The translations under genes and the position numbers were made by a program. Under the pieces are notes generated by a model. That model saw only the letters and a program-made list of their open reading frames with translations, had not been told where the DNA came from and searched no databases. From Candidatus Latescibacterota bacterium (GTDB lineage Bacteria; Latescibacterota; UBA2968; UBA8231), in contig JAYYVF010000066.1 in the NCBI GenBank assembly GCA_036343635.1, forward strand, positions 89,931 through 153,930: a DNA stretch of 64,000 bases, written 5' to 3'. The first letter of the stretch is position 1, and every line of letters begins with the position of its first letter. This document shows, piece by piece, positions 1 through 8,686 of this stretch.

Positions 1-1
1 T

Positions 2-718
2 CCAACTCATAAAGATACGCTTTCAGCTGTTGATTCACTTCGTTCAGTTGGAATTTCAGAGGCAAATCAAGATTCATCCTTTCTTCTTGATTTGCTTGAG
101 CAGCTAAAGAGAGAAGAGGCATTAATTGATAGTCTTTATCCAGAGACTGAGGTTGATTCCACTAAAATTTTTATCGATTCTATAGACGGGGTTGTACTAG
201 TGGTTGAAGATTTTTCTGATGCCCAAACGATTGCGCCACAGTTGGCATTCCATCGTTTGAATACCCAAATTTTGGGAAATAGTCTATGGTTTGACCCCGA
301 AGGTTTGAAGAATATGCGACGAAGCGAGCGAAAATACCTGGAAGGTGCTATTATTGCCTCGCCGCATCAGGAGGATTTGGAAAGTGGGCGCAATTTTATT
401 GATGATTATCGAAAAACTTATCTGAATGACCCGAGGTACGCGGCCTTTGGGTTCGATTCTGCACAATTATTGATTAAAGCCTTGATAGATTCGGACGGTG
501 AAGTTGCCAAGATACACGAACGGCTTTCTGAAGTAAAAAGTTATGAGGGTGCTTCGGGGCGCATTAAATTTGATGCAGATCGAAGAGTAAATAGTGCATT
601 GTCATTGTTAAAAATTGAGCGGGATAGATACAAATCGGTATTGACAAACGATTTGCCTGAATTAGGTAACGACTTAGGAACGTTTTTCTGGTATGACGAG
701 GCTGTAGATACGGATTAA
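2..718 (+). CDS. Periplasmic-binding-protein fold protein (type I, Leu/Ile/Val-binding or LppC/LpoA-like); C-terminal fragment whose 5' end lies outside the window
   Basis: The frame stays open from nt 2 to the TAA at 716-718, so track ORF 92..718 only starts at an internal TTG. 'YEGASGRIKFDADRRVNSALSLLKI' and 'AAFGFDSAQLLIKAL' resemble the C-terminal lobe of Peripla_BP_6-type domains. Confidence 0.5.
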   Translation, partial: PTHKDTLSAVDSLRSVGISEANQDSSFLLDLLEQLKREEALIDSLYPETEVDSTKIFIDSIDGVVLVVEDFSDAQTIAPQLAFHRLNTQILGNSLWFDPEGLKNMRRSERKYLEGAIIASPHQEDLESGRNFIDDYRKTYLNDPRYAAFGFDSAQLLIKALIDSDGEVAKIHERLSEVKSYEGASGRIKFDADRRVNSALSLLKIERDRYKSVLTNDLPELGNDLGTFFWYDEAVDTD

Positions 719-757
719 GGAGACTGACTGTGATTTGATTAATTGTTAGACAGTTTG

Positions 758-785
758 TTGCAAAAGATGGAAGAGAGTTTATATT
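758..785 (+). promoter_or_regulatory. Possible sigma70-like promoter (TTGCAA-16 nt-TATATT) upstream of the FmdB-like gene
   Basis: Hexamers read directly in the 95-nt intergenic region. No other support. Confidence 0.3.
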
Positions 786-828
786 TGGAAGTATAGTGAA
801 ATGGATGTATTGAGTGGGGAATATGTCA

Positions 829-1149
829 ATGCCTACGTACGAGTACGAATGTAAGAAATGCAGTTTTCAGTTTGAGGAGTTCCAGAGTATTAATGCTGAG
901 CCAGTAAAGACTTGTCGCAAAGAAGGGTGTCGTGGGCGGGTTAGGCGATTAATCAGTAGCGGTGGAGGATTGCTATTCAAAGGATCCGGTTTTTATGAAA
1001 CTGATTACCGGAGTGATAGTTATCAAAAAGGGGCCAAAGCGGAATCAAAGTCTGATTCTAGTTCGTCTGAATCAAAAGGTTCAAAGTCAGATTCTAGTAG
1101 TCCCAACAGTAAAAGTGTCAAGAAAAATAACGTCGAAAAGAAAAATTAA
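829..1149 (+). CDS. FmdB-family zinc-ribbon putative regulatory protein with a Ser/Lys/Asp-rich tail
   Basis: 'MPTYEYECKKCSFQFEEFQSI...KTCRKEGCRGRVRRLIS' is the CxxC...CxxC signature with the canonical MPxYEY start. The track ORF starts at GTG 814; I prefer ATG 829. Confidence 0.8.
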   Translation: MPTYEYECKKCSFQFEEFQSINAEPVKTCRKEGCRGRVRRLISSGGGLLFKGSGFYETDYRSDSYQKGAKAESKSDSSSSESKGSKSDSSSPNSKSVKKNNVEKKN

Positions 1150-1190
1150 TAAGCGGGAACTAAATAATTCGTTCAGCTGTCTGATTTAAA

Positions 1191-1697
1191 ATGCACAATT
1201 TTGTTTTTCTACCAATTTTTATAGTCGCCAGTTTGATTTTTGGGTGTAGCGGTAAGGACCCTGAAAGTTTGATGGCAGAAGCGCGTTCTGCTGCATCGGT
1301 ACCGAGTGGCTTGCCGAGGGCTGCGGATTTATTCAAAGAGTTCCTAAAACATTACCCTGACCACGAGTTGGCTCCAGAGGCTCTTAAAGAGTTTGCTGCC
1401 GTTGTCCAGCAACGTGGTAGCTTTTTGGACGCCTTGTCTCTTTATGGGCAATTGATAGAGCGATTCCCGGCGAGTGAGCATTGTGATGAGGCCCAGTTTA
1501 TGGTGGCGTTCATTTACGAAGAATTTTTGCAAGATTACTCTAAGGCTCGCGAGGCCTATGAGCAACTTATAGATCGTTATCCTGACTCAGATCTGGTGGA
1601 AAGTGCACGGCATTTATTGCCACACGTTGGGCGTAATCCTGAGGATTGGGTCAATTTCGAAAAGGATTATCCTGAAGCGAGATCAAACGAAAGATGA
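1191..1697 (+). CDS. TPR-repeat lipoprotein (YbgF/BamD-like fold)
   Basis: Signal peptide with lipobox 'LIFGCSG'. TPR-like helices occur at 'AADLFKEFLKHYPDHELAPEA' and 'AREAYEQLIDRYPDSDLVESA'. Confidence 0.6.
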   Translation: MHNFVFLPIFIVASLIFGCSGKDPESLMAEARSAASVPSGLPRAADLFKEFLKHYPDHELAPEALKEFAAVVQQRGSFLDALSLYGQLIERFPASEHCDEAQFMVAFIYEEFLQDYSKAREAYEQLIDRYPDSDLVESARHLLPHVGRNPEDWVNFEKDYPEARSNER

Positions 1698-1810
1698 AAT
1701 GAATTTTTTTCGGATTTGTGAGTTAAACATGGTTAAAGAGAATTTGTTGAAAAATCTTTGGGTAGGATTGCTGTAACGTGATTTTTTGCTTCTAAAATGA
1801 TACAACGGGG

Positions 1811-2812
1811 ATGTATATGGAACCATCTATTGACATCAATGCAATAAGTGAAAAAGTTTCTCAACATGCCGACCTAGTCGAGCGAGTGTTTGTCGAGACC
1901 GATCGTGTAATAGTTGGTCAGCGTATGATGATCGAACGCCTCATCATCGGTTTGATCTGTGGAGGACATGTTTTACTTGAAGGGGTGCCAGGCCTTGCAA
2001 AAACTCTAACTGTTTCTACTGTGGCGCGAATTATCTCGGCTTCTTTTAAGCGAGTACAATTTACGCCCGACCTCCTACCCGCAGATATTACCGGAACATT
2101 AATTTATAATCAGCAAGATGGAAAATTTGTCGCCAAGAAGGGTCCTATTTTTGCTAATTTGGTTTTAGCCGATGAGATAAATCGAGCGCCTGCTAAAGTT
2201 CAAAGTGCCCTATTGGAGTGTATGCAAGAAGGCCAAGTTACTTTAGGTGATAAGACTTACCCATTACCTGAACCCTTCATGGTGCTTGCTACTCAAAACC
2301 CAATAGAGCAAGAGGGAACATATTCGCTTCCTGAAGCTCAAATGGATCGGTTTATGTTGAAAATAAGAGTTACTTATCCTAGTCGGGACGAAGAAAGATC
2401 GATTCTCGATAGGATGGGTGACGGCAGGGAGATTAGCACGCAAGAGGTTCTGACGGAATTAGATCTCAGCTCACTGCGTGAGGTCGTCCGTATGATTTAT
2501 GTAGACGATAAGATTAAAGATTATATAGTTGATTTGGTCCATGCTTCGCGTTCTCCGAAAGAAGTAGGTATCTCTGATCTTGAAGCTCTGATCGAAAACG
2601 GGGCTTCACCTCGTGCGACAATATTTTTGCTCCGAGCGGCCAGAGGACATGCTTTTCTTCGAGGGCGGTCTTACGTAACTCCTGAGGATGTTAAAACGGT
2701 AGGAATGGATGTTTTGCGGCATCGCATCGTGCCTAGTTACGAAGCTGAGGCAGAAGAGATTGATTCCGACACCTTGGTACGAATGTTATTTGATCACGTT
2801 GAAGTCCCTTGA
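1811..2812 (+). CDS. moxR: MoxR-family AAA+ ATPase
   Basis: Walker A 'EGVPGLAKT', Walker B 'LADEINRAPAKVQSALLE', and 'ATQNPIEQEGTYSLPEAQMDRF'. Size and motifs are typical of MoxR/RavA-like ATPases. Confidence 0.9.
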   Translation: MYMEPSIDINAISEKVSQHADLVERVFVETDRVIVGQRMMIERLIIGLICGGHVLLEGVPGLAKTLTVSTVARIISASFKRVQFTPDLLPADITGTLIYNQQDGKFVAKKGPIFANLVLADEINRAPAKVQSALLECMQEGQVTLGDKTYPLPEPFMVLATQNPIEQEGTYSLPEAQMDRFMLKIRVTYPSRDEERSILDRMGDGREISTQEVLTELDLSSLREVVRMIYVDDKIKDYIVDLVHASRSPKEVGISDLEALIENGASPRATIFLLRAARGHAFLRGRSYVTPEDVKTVGMDVLRHRIVPSYEAEAEEIDSDTLVRMLFDHVEVP

Positions 2813-2821
2813 CGGTTTGCT

Positions 2822-3697
2822 TTGTTACCTAAAGAAATCATAGACAAAGTTCGACGTATAGAAATTCGTTCTCGGAACATTGTAACCGAATTATTTTCCG
2901 GTGAATATCATTCTGCTTTTAAGGGGAGCGGGATGGAGTTTGCGGAAGTTCGTGAATATCTTCGAGGAGATGACGTGCGCACGATTGATTGGAACGTAAC
3001 AGCGCGTGTGGGAAGTCCTTATGTTAAAATATTCGAAGAAGAGCGGGAACAGACCGTGATGTTAATTGTTGATGCGAGTGGGTCAGGATCTTTTGGATCA
3101 TTTAAGCAAATGAAAGGTGAAGTGGGTGTAGAAATATCGGCTTTATTAGCGTTTGCTGCTGTCAATAATAACGATCGTGTGGGGTTGCTTATTTTTACGG
3201 ATGGCGTGGAGGTATTTGTTCCACCAGAAAAAGGACGTAAACATGTGCTTCGGGTAATACGTGAGCTCCTATATTTTGAACCTAAGGGAGTTCGGACGGA
3301 TGTGGCGGGAGCTTTGGATCAGTTAGATAAAGTTCTTCATCGTCGAAGTATTGTGTTTTTGATCTCTGATTTTATCGACAAAGAGTTTAGTCGGGCAATT
3401 CAACAGGTTCGTCGACGGCACGATTTGGTCGCTGTCTCGTTATGTGATCCTCGTGAACGTGAATTACCCGATGTAGGATTTATCAATTTAGAAGATGCGG
3501 AGACGGGTGAGCAAATAGTAATTGATACCAAGGTATTACGAATCCGTGAGGAATTTCGGAAAATGCAAATGGAGTCTGAGCAAGATCTCTCGAAGTTATT
3601 TAGAAGACTAGACGTAGATCACGTCTCTATTGATGTCACAAAACCCTACGTTGAACCACTCGTTGCATTGTTCAGCGATAGAGCGCGTCGGCGATGA
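2822..3697 (+). CDS. DUF58 domain protein (VWA-like MoxR partner)
   Basis: N-terminal 'VRRIEIRSRNIVTELFSGEYHSAFKGSGMEFAEVREYLRGDDVRTIDWNVTAR' is the DUF58 hallmark. TTG start lies 9 nt after the moxR stop, in the same frame. Confidence 0.85.
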   Translation: MLPKEIIDKVRRIEIRSRNIVTELFSGEYHSAFKGSGMEFAEVREYLRGDDVRTIDWNVTARVGSPYVKIFEEEREQTVMLIVDASGSGSFGSFKQMKGEVGVEISALLAFAAVNNNDRVGLLIFTDGVEVFVPPEKGRKHVLRVIRELLYFEPKGVRTDVAGALDQLDKVLHRRSIVFLISDFIDKEFSRAIQQVRRRHDLVAVSLCDPRERELPDVGFINLEDAETGEQIVIDTKVLRIREEFRKMQMESEQDLSKLFRRLDVDHVSIDVTKPYVEPLVALFSDRARRR

Positions 3698-3737
3698 ATA
3701 TGGGAAGCAATTAAAAGAATCGACAGATAAAATTTTA

Positions 3738-3745
3738 AAGGAGGG
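3738..3745 (+). promoter_or_regulatory. Shine-Dalgarno site (AAGGAGGG) serving the TTG start at 3752
   Basis: A perfect SD core lies 6-7 nt upstream of the TTG start. Similar sites occur at GAGGAGG ~10 nt before ATG 4681 and AGAGGA before ATG 23714. Confidence 0.6.
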
Positions 3746-3751
3746 CTTAAA

Positions 3752-4681
3752 TTGATAGAAGTAAACGATTTAGCTAAACACTATGGTGAAATAGTCGCCG
3801 TCGAAGGGGTTTCTTTCGGCGTTAGTAAAGGCTCCATTCTTGGTTTTTTAGGGCCAAATGGAGCAGGAAAAACAACAACCATGCGGATGTTGACTTGCTT
3901 TCTTCCTCCGACGAGTGGTACTGCCAGAGTTGCGGGCTTTGATGTGGTTGAAGAATCGATGGAAGTCCGTCGTCGTATTGGATATCTCCCTGAGCAGCCA
4001 CCGCTTTATCTTGATATGACCGTCAAATCCTATCTCCGCTTTATAGCTAGGATAAAGGGGATAGAAAGTGCCTCGATTTCCCATGCAATTGATGAAACTA
4101 TGGAGAAAACAGGCATTGCCCATCACCAACATACGGTGATAAGCCACCTGTCTAAAGGTTACAAGCAGCGTGTCGGATTAGCTCAAGCGCTAGTTCACAA
4201 TCCTGATGTTTTGATCTTAGACGAACCTACCGTAGGGCTCGATCCCAAGCAAATTATTGAAATTCGTGAGGTTATAAAGGGGTTAGCCGGAGATCATACG
4301 GTAATCTTAAGCACACATATACTTTCAGAAGTAAGTATGACATGCGATAAGATTGTAATTATCAATAACGGCCGAATTGCTGGTCAGGGAACGCCAGAAA
4401 GTTTAATTGATCAACTCAAGGATGGTGATGTGCTAAGAGCGGTTATTACCGGTCCGCCTGAGGATGTTTTGGCACAAGTACAGTCCATGGAAGGTGTGCT
4501 CGATGTGGTGAATGAATCAGAAGAGGTCTACTTGATAACTAGTGCACCGGGGGTAGATATTCGTGATATATTGACTCGAAATGTTATTGATCAAGGTTTT
4601 TCTTTGCGTGAATTGCGTCCTTTAGATATGACCTTAGAAGATATTTTTCTGCGTTTGACGACAGAGGAGGTAGCAGTATAA
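3752..4681 (+). CDS. ABC transporter ATP-binding protein (ABC-2 / GldA-like subfamily)
   Basis: Walker A 'GPNGAGKTT', signature 'LSKGYKQRV', Walker B 'VLILDEPTVGLD', H-loop 'LSTHIL'. Confidence 0.9.
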   Translation: MIEVNDLAKHYGEIVAVEGVSFGVSKGSILGFLGPNGAGKTTTMRMLTCFLPPTSGTARVAGFDVVEESMEVRRRIGYLPEQPPLYLDMTVKSYLRFIARIKGIESASISHAIDETMEKTGIAHHQHTVISHLSKGYKQRVGLAQALVHNPDVLILDEPTVGLDPKQIIEIREVIKGLAGDHTVILSTHILSEVSMTCDKIVIINNGRIAGQGTPESLIDQLKDGDVLRAVITGPPEDVLAQVQSMEGVLDVVNESEEVYLITSAPGVDIRDILTRNVIDQGFSLRELRPLDMTLEDIFLRLTTEEVAV

Positions 4682-5463
4682 TGGGAAATTTTATGGCAAT
4701 ATATTCAAAAGAGCTCCGTTCATACTTTGTTTCGCCAGTGGCGTATGTTATTGCGGGAGTATTTCTGTTTTTATCGGGTTTTTTGTTTCGTAGTATTCTG
4801 ATGCAATTTAACCTTATTTGTCTTCAGTTGAGTCAGCGTGCTCAGCAAATGGGTGGTGCGATGCCTGCCCTTAATCTGAATGAGATGGTTGTTACACAGT
4901 TTTTTGCTGTTATGGATTTCATTTGGTTATTGATTGTTCCAATGCTCACAATGCGTCTTTTTGCCGAAGAGAAAAAGACAGGGACTATAGAATTATTGAT
5001 GACATCTCCTGTTACTTCGGTTCAGATATTGTTGGGTAAATTTTTTGCCTGCCTTACCTTGTATAGTGTCATTGTTAGCTTGACTTTGGTTTATTTTTTG
5101 ATTCTTGAGGCGTACGGCTCTCCGGATTGGGGACCTATTTTGTCTGGTTACATGGGCTATTTGTTTCTAGGGGCGACTTTTATATCTGTTGGTATTCTAG
5201 CGTCGGCTTTGACAGAAAATCAAATTATTGCGGTACTTCTCTCCTTCGGTATTCTCCTGTTGTTTTGGCTTATTGACTGGTCTGCCAGTTTTGCAGGTCC
5301 TACCGCAGCGAAAATTCTTCAGTATGTATCTTTCATAGAACACCTCGAAGATTTTCAACGCGGGGTAATTGATAGCCGAGACGTTGTGTTTTATGTCAGT
5401 TTCACTTTTTTCTGTTTGTTTCTTACAACGCGCGTCGTGGAGTCGCGGCGCTGGAGGCGTTGA
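4681..5463 (+). CDS. ABC-2 family permease (GldF-like)
   Basis: About 6 predicted TM helices, with 'FAEEKKTGTIELLMTSPV' typical of ABC-2 permeases. The ATG immediately follows the ATPase stop. Confidence 0.75.
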   Translation: MGNFMAIYSKELRSYFVSPVAYVIAGVFLFLSGFLFRSILMQFNLICLQLSQRAQQMGGAMPALNLNEMVVTQFFAVMDFIWLLIVPMLTMRLFAEEKKTGTIELLMTSPVTSVQILLGKFFACLTLYSVIVSLTLVYFLILEAYGSPDWGPILSGYMGYLFLGATFISVGILASALTENQIIAVLLSFGILLLFWLIDWSASFAGPTAAKILQYVSFIEHLEDFQRGVIDSRDVVFYVSFTFFCLFLTTRVVESRRWRR

Positions 5464-5464
5464 A

Positions 5465-8400
5465 ATGAAAAACTATGCTGTTCCGTTAAGCTTAGCCGGA
5501 GCCTTATTAACGCTGGTTGGTGGAGTTGCCTACGTAATCTCTCCTGAAACTGGTGGTGGCGGTCTTTTCAACGTTGCTATAGGAATTTTCTTAGTTGTGG
5601 TGGCCGGTGTAATTGATAAATCAATGTTTCTTCAGTATGGACGCTGGTTGAATGCGTTTTGGGGCGGGATCATGGTTTTTGGCATTGTTGCCATGGTGAA
5701 TTTTCTTAGTGATCGTTATAGCGAGAGACTTGATCTCACTGAGGGTAAATTACATAGTCTGTCAGATCTGACCGTACAGACTCTACAAAACCTTGATCGG
5801 GATGTTGAAGCATTGGCATTTGTTGAGGGCGGTGAGAATCAAGATTTAGAATTGCTTTTGGCCGAATATGCTAATAACGGTTCTCGGTTTAGCTTCGAAA
5901 TGATAGATCCTGATCGTCAACCTGGGCTTACGGAAGAAAATGGTATTACCCGATACAACACCCTTTTGTTGAAAGCTTTGGGAAAAGAACAACAAATAAC
6001 AGAACTCGAAGAGCGTGAGATCACCAATTCTTTGCTCAAGGTTATTCGTGATCGTAGGGAAAAGGTTTATTTCTCGGTCGGCCACGGTGAAAGGACTCTC
6101 AGTAGTGATCCAGAGGGGTTAAATGTTCTTAAAGATCGATTGAAAAATATCGATTATTTGGTCCAGGATTCATTGCTACTTGCTCGGGTCGATAGAGTAC
6201 CAGAAGATTGCGCAGTTCTTGTCATAGTTGGCCCCCGTAATCCTTTTTTCTCTATTGAAAAAGATCACATCCGCGATTATCTGGAAAACGGGGGAGCGGT
6301 GTTGGCTATGCTTGACCCCATCTATGACAGTGGGCTTGAGCCATTGTTTAGTGATTGGGGTGTTGTCCTTGGTAACGATTTTGTTATTGATACAAGTGGC
6401 CTCGGCTCCCTGTTTGGCCTTGATTTTACTACCCCTGTTTCTGTGTCTTACGGTGACCATCCTATAGCTCAAAAACATGGCGGTCTAATGACGTTTTATC
6501 AGTTGGGAAGATCGGTTCGGTTTGATGGCACAGTAAACCGTAATATTTCTGGCACTGAGTTGTCGCTTACTTCAGAGTCGGGATGGGCTGAGACTGATTT
6601 GTCCGTTCTTACTGGCGGAGATCAGACGGTGAAACTGGATGAAGGAATTGATGTTCCTGGTCCAATTGCTCTGGGTGTTGCAGTTGAGGGAGAAGAGGGA
6701 AGGTTGGTAGTTTTTGGTGATTCTGATTTTGCCACAAACAAATTTTTTGATTACCAAGGCAATGGCGATTTGGTATTAAATTCTGTGAGTTGGTTGGCCG
6801 AAGACGAAGGCCTGATTTCAATTCGGCCTCGAAAAGCTGGACATAACCCAATTGCTCTTACTGATAGTCAAGGCGAATGGGTTTTCTGGCTTAGTGTTGT
6901 TTTATACCCGCTTGCCATATCGGGTATAGGTTTGATGGTTGTTTCTCGGAAAGGCCGATGGAGTGTTAAGGAATTAGTGGGAGCGGGAATTGGAGTCGTT
7001 TTGTCTTTGGGGGTAGCTGCTCTACTAAACTTTATCGGAGATCGTTACAATTTTCGGCAAGATATGACGGCGGAAAACTTGTACACACTATCAAACAAGA
7101 CTTCGGGGCTGCTCAATAACCTTGAAGATAGAGGATACTATGTGAATGTGAAGACATTCATGAGTGAGATGGAGGGGGTTCGTTTCCAAGATTTGATGAA
7201 AGAGTATAAGCATCTATCTAGAAACTTTGACTACGAATTGATTGATCCACAGAAGAATTCGCTTATAGTGCAGCAGAATAATATTCGTGAGCGTGGAGCC
7301 TCAATTGTTGAATTGAGAGGCGAAGGTGGTGTTCGTACCGAGAGGATAATTTTACAAAATGAAAAGGCTTTGAGTAATGCAATATCAAAAGCTTTAAATG
7401 CTAAAGATTTGAAAGCTTATTTTACCACAGGTCATGGTGAATTTGAATTGGATCAGGTGGATGGAAAGGGGTATTCAAAATTTAAATCCCGTCTACTGGA
7501 ACTTAATTTTGATATTATCGATGACCTTGATTTGGGAGAAGGGGTTCCGAAGGATGCAACGTTATTAGTAGCGCTTGGGCCAAAGCAGCCTTTTAGGCCA
7601 GCGGAGTCTGATAACCTAGCCAAATATTTGGCGGGTGGGGGATCTGGCCTTTTTCTACTGGATCCCGGACGATTGACTGGTTTAGAGAATCTGCTCGATT
7701 CTTACTCGATAAACGTAGGTCAGGATTTTGTTGTCGATTTAAGTGGATTGGGTCAATTGTTTGGAGGAACTGATGTGTCCGTGCCGGTAGTTATGAATTA
7801 CGGTGATCATCCTATTAGCGAAAGAATTAGTCGGGGAACAATGAGTTTCTTTCCTTTGGCTCGGTCAATACAGGTAGCCTCCCATCGCTTGAAAAACCCA
7901 GAAATTACTAAATTAGCAATAACGCATGAAAGAAGTTGGGGAGAGAGTGACATGGGGCCCATTATGGGAGATGGAGGACAGGTTGAATATGATCCCCAAC
8001 TTGATACTCGCGGGCCGATTTCAATAGCTGTGGCTGTTAAAGCAAATGTTGACACAGCCATAGCCAAAGAGGGTTCGACAAAGCTTGTCGTTTTTGGCGA
8101 TTCAGATTTTGCTTCTAATGAATATTTTGATCAGCAGGCGAATGGGCAATTGATCAAGAGCAGTGCTGAATGGTTAGCAGAAGGAGAGGATCGCTTAGAG
8201 ATTGAAGAGCGGATTCCCCCTTACAACCCGATAAACTTAATTGGCAATCAGGGGGATGTGATATTATGGATTTCGGTATTTGTTCTACCTTTTGCGGTGG
8301 CTTTGTCAGGGCTTGTTATGGTTTTAAAGAGAGGCTATCAGTCGTATGTTGATGGCTGCCTCGCGTGGCTAATGTACACGTTTGTGGCCAACGGTGTTTT

Positions 8401-8686
8401 TTTACTGATAACTGCGTCGGTCGCCTTAAGTGAAGCGGACATTGTTGGTGGGCAGTTTCATATACTAATTGGGATACTTTGCTTAGGTGTCGCATTTGGT
8501 ATTTATCGGCGGAACGAGATGGTCTGGATACCAGCGATTATCGTTTCTGTAGTGTGTAGTATCGGAGCTTTTTTCGTGTTGTCTGACGAGACTCTTCAAT
8601 TGCTGTATACTGCTGTATTTGTTGTCAATATCGCAGTATTGACATGGATCCGTAAAGCTTTTGTTGATGAGAAGAGAGGTGACTGA
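5465..8686 (+). CDS. GldG-like ABC-transporter auxiliary protein, head-to-tail duplicated, with extra N- and C-terminal TM bundles
   Basis: There are two internal copies: 'SDRYSERLDLTEGKLHSLS...VVFGDSDFATNKFFDYQGNGDLVLNSVSWLAEDE' and 'GDRYNFRQDMTAENLYTLS...VVFGDSDFASNEYFDQQANGQLIKSSAEWLAEGE'. Each is flanked by TM helices. I prefer start ATG 5465 ('MKNYAVPL'), right after the permease stop, over track start 5369, which overlaps the permease. Confidence 0.75.
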   Translation: MKNYAVPLSLAGALLTLVGGVAYVISPETGGGGLFNVAIGIFLVVVAGVIDKSMFLQYGRWLNAFWGGIMVFGIVAMVNFLSDRYSERLDLTEGKLHSLSDLTVQTLQNLDRDVEALAFVEGGENQDLELLLAEYANNGSRFSFEMIDPDRQPGLTEENGITRYNTLLLKALGKEQQITELEEREITNSLLKVIRDRREKVYFSVGHGERTLSSDPEGLNVLKDRLKNIDYLVQDSLLLARVDRVPEDCAVLVIVGPRNPFFSIEKDHIRDYLENGGAVLAMLDPIYDSGLEPLFSDWGVVLGNDFVIDTSGLGSLFGLDFTTPVSVSYGDHPIAQKHGGLMTFYQLGRSVRFDGTVNRNISGTELSLTSESGWAETDLSVLTGGDQTVKLDEGIDVPGPIALGVAVEGEEGRLVVFGDSDFATNKFFDYQGNGDLVLNSVSWLAEDEGLISIRPRKAGHNPIALTDSQGEWVFWLSVVLYPLAISGIGLMVVSRKGRWSVKELVGAGIGVVLSLGVAALLNFIGDRYNFRQDMTAENLYTLSNKTSGLLNNLEDRGYYVNVKTFMSEMEGVRFQDLMKEYKHLSRNFDYELIDPQKNSLIVQQNNIRERGASIVELRGEGGVRTERIILQNEKALSNAISKALNAKDLKAYFTTGHGEFELDQVDGKGYSKFKSRLLELNFDIIDDLDLGEGVPKDATLLVALGPKQPFRPAESDNLAKYLAGGGSGLFLLDPGRLTGLENLLDSYSINVGQDFVVDLSGLGQLFGGTDVSVPVVMNYGDHPISERISRGTMSFFPLARSIQVASHRLKNPEITKLAITHERSWGESDMGPIMGDGGQVEYDPQLDTRGPISIAVAVKANVDTAIAKEGSTKLVVFGDSDFASNEYFDQQANGQLIKSSAEWLAEGEDRLEIEERIPPYNPINLIGNQGDVILWISVFVLPFAVALSGLVMVLKRGYQSYVDGCLAWLMYTFVANGVFLLITASVALSEADIVGGQFHILIGILCLGVAFGIYRRNEMVWIPAIIVSVVCSIGAFFVLSDETLQLLYTAVFVVNIAVLTWIRKAFVDEKRGD

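Noticed and set aside
962-1189. 75-aa ORF in an alternative frame over the FmdB gene tail
   Set aside because: It overlaps a well-supported CDS and has a low-complexity translation, no start context and no recognisable family.
5369-5464. N-terminal 32 codons of track ORF 5369..8686, which overlap the ABC-2 permease
   Set aside because: This stretch lies inside the permease gene in another frame. ATG 5465 directly after the permease stop gives a sensible TM N-terminus, so the extension is an ORF-finder artefact.
3752-8686. Reading the GldA/F/G-like genes as evidence of gliding motility
   Set aside because: No other gld or spr motility genes are in the window. GldA/F/G-type ABC-2 modules are widespread outside gliders. 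The call is limited to 'ABC-2 exporter with GldG-like auxiliary protein'.
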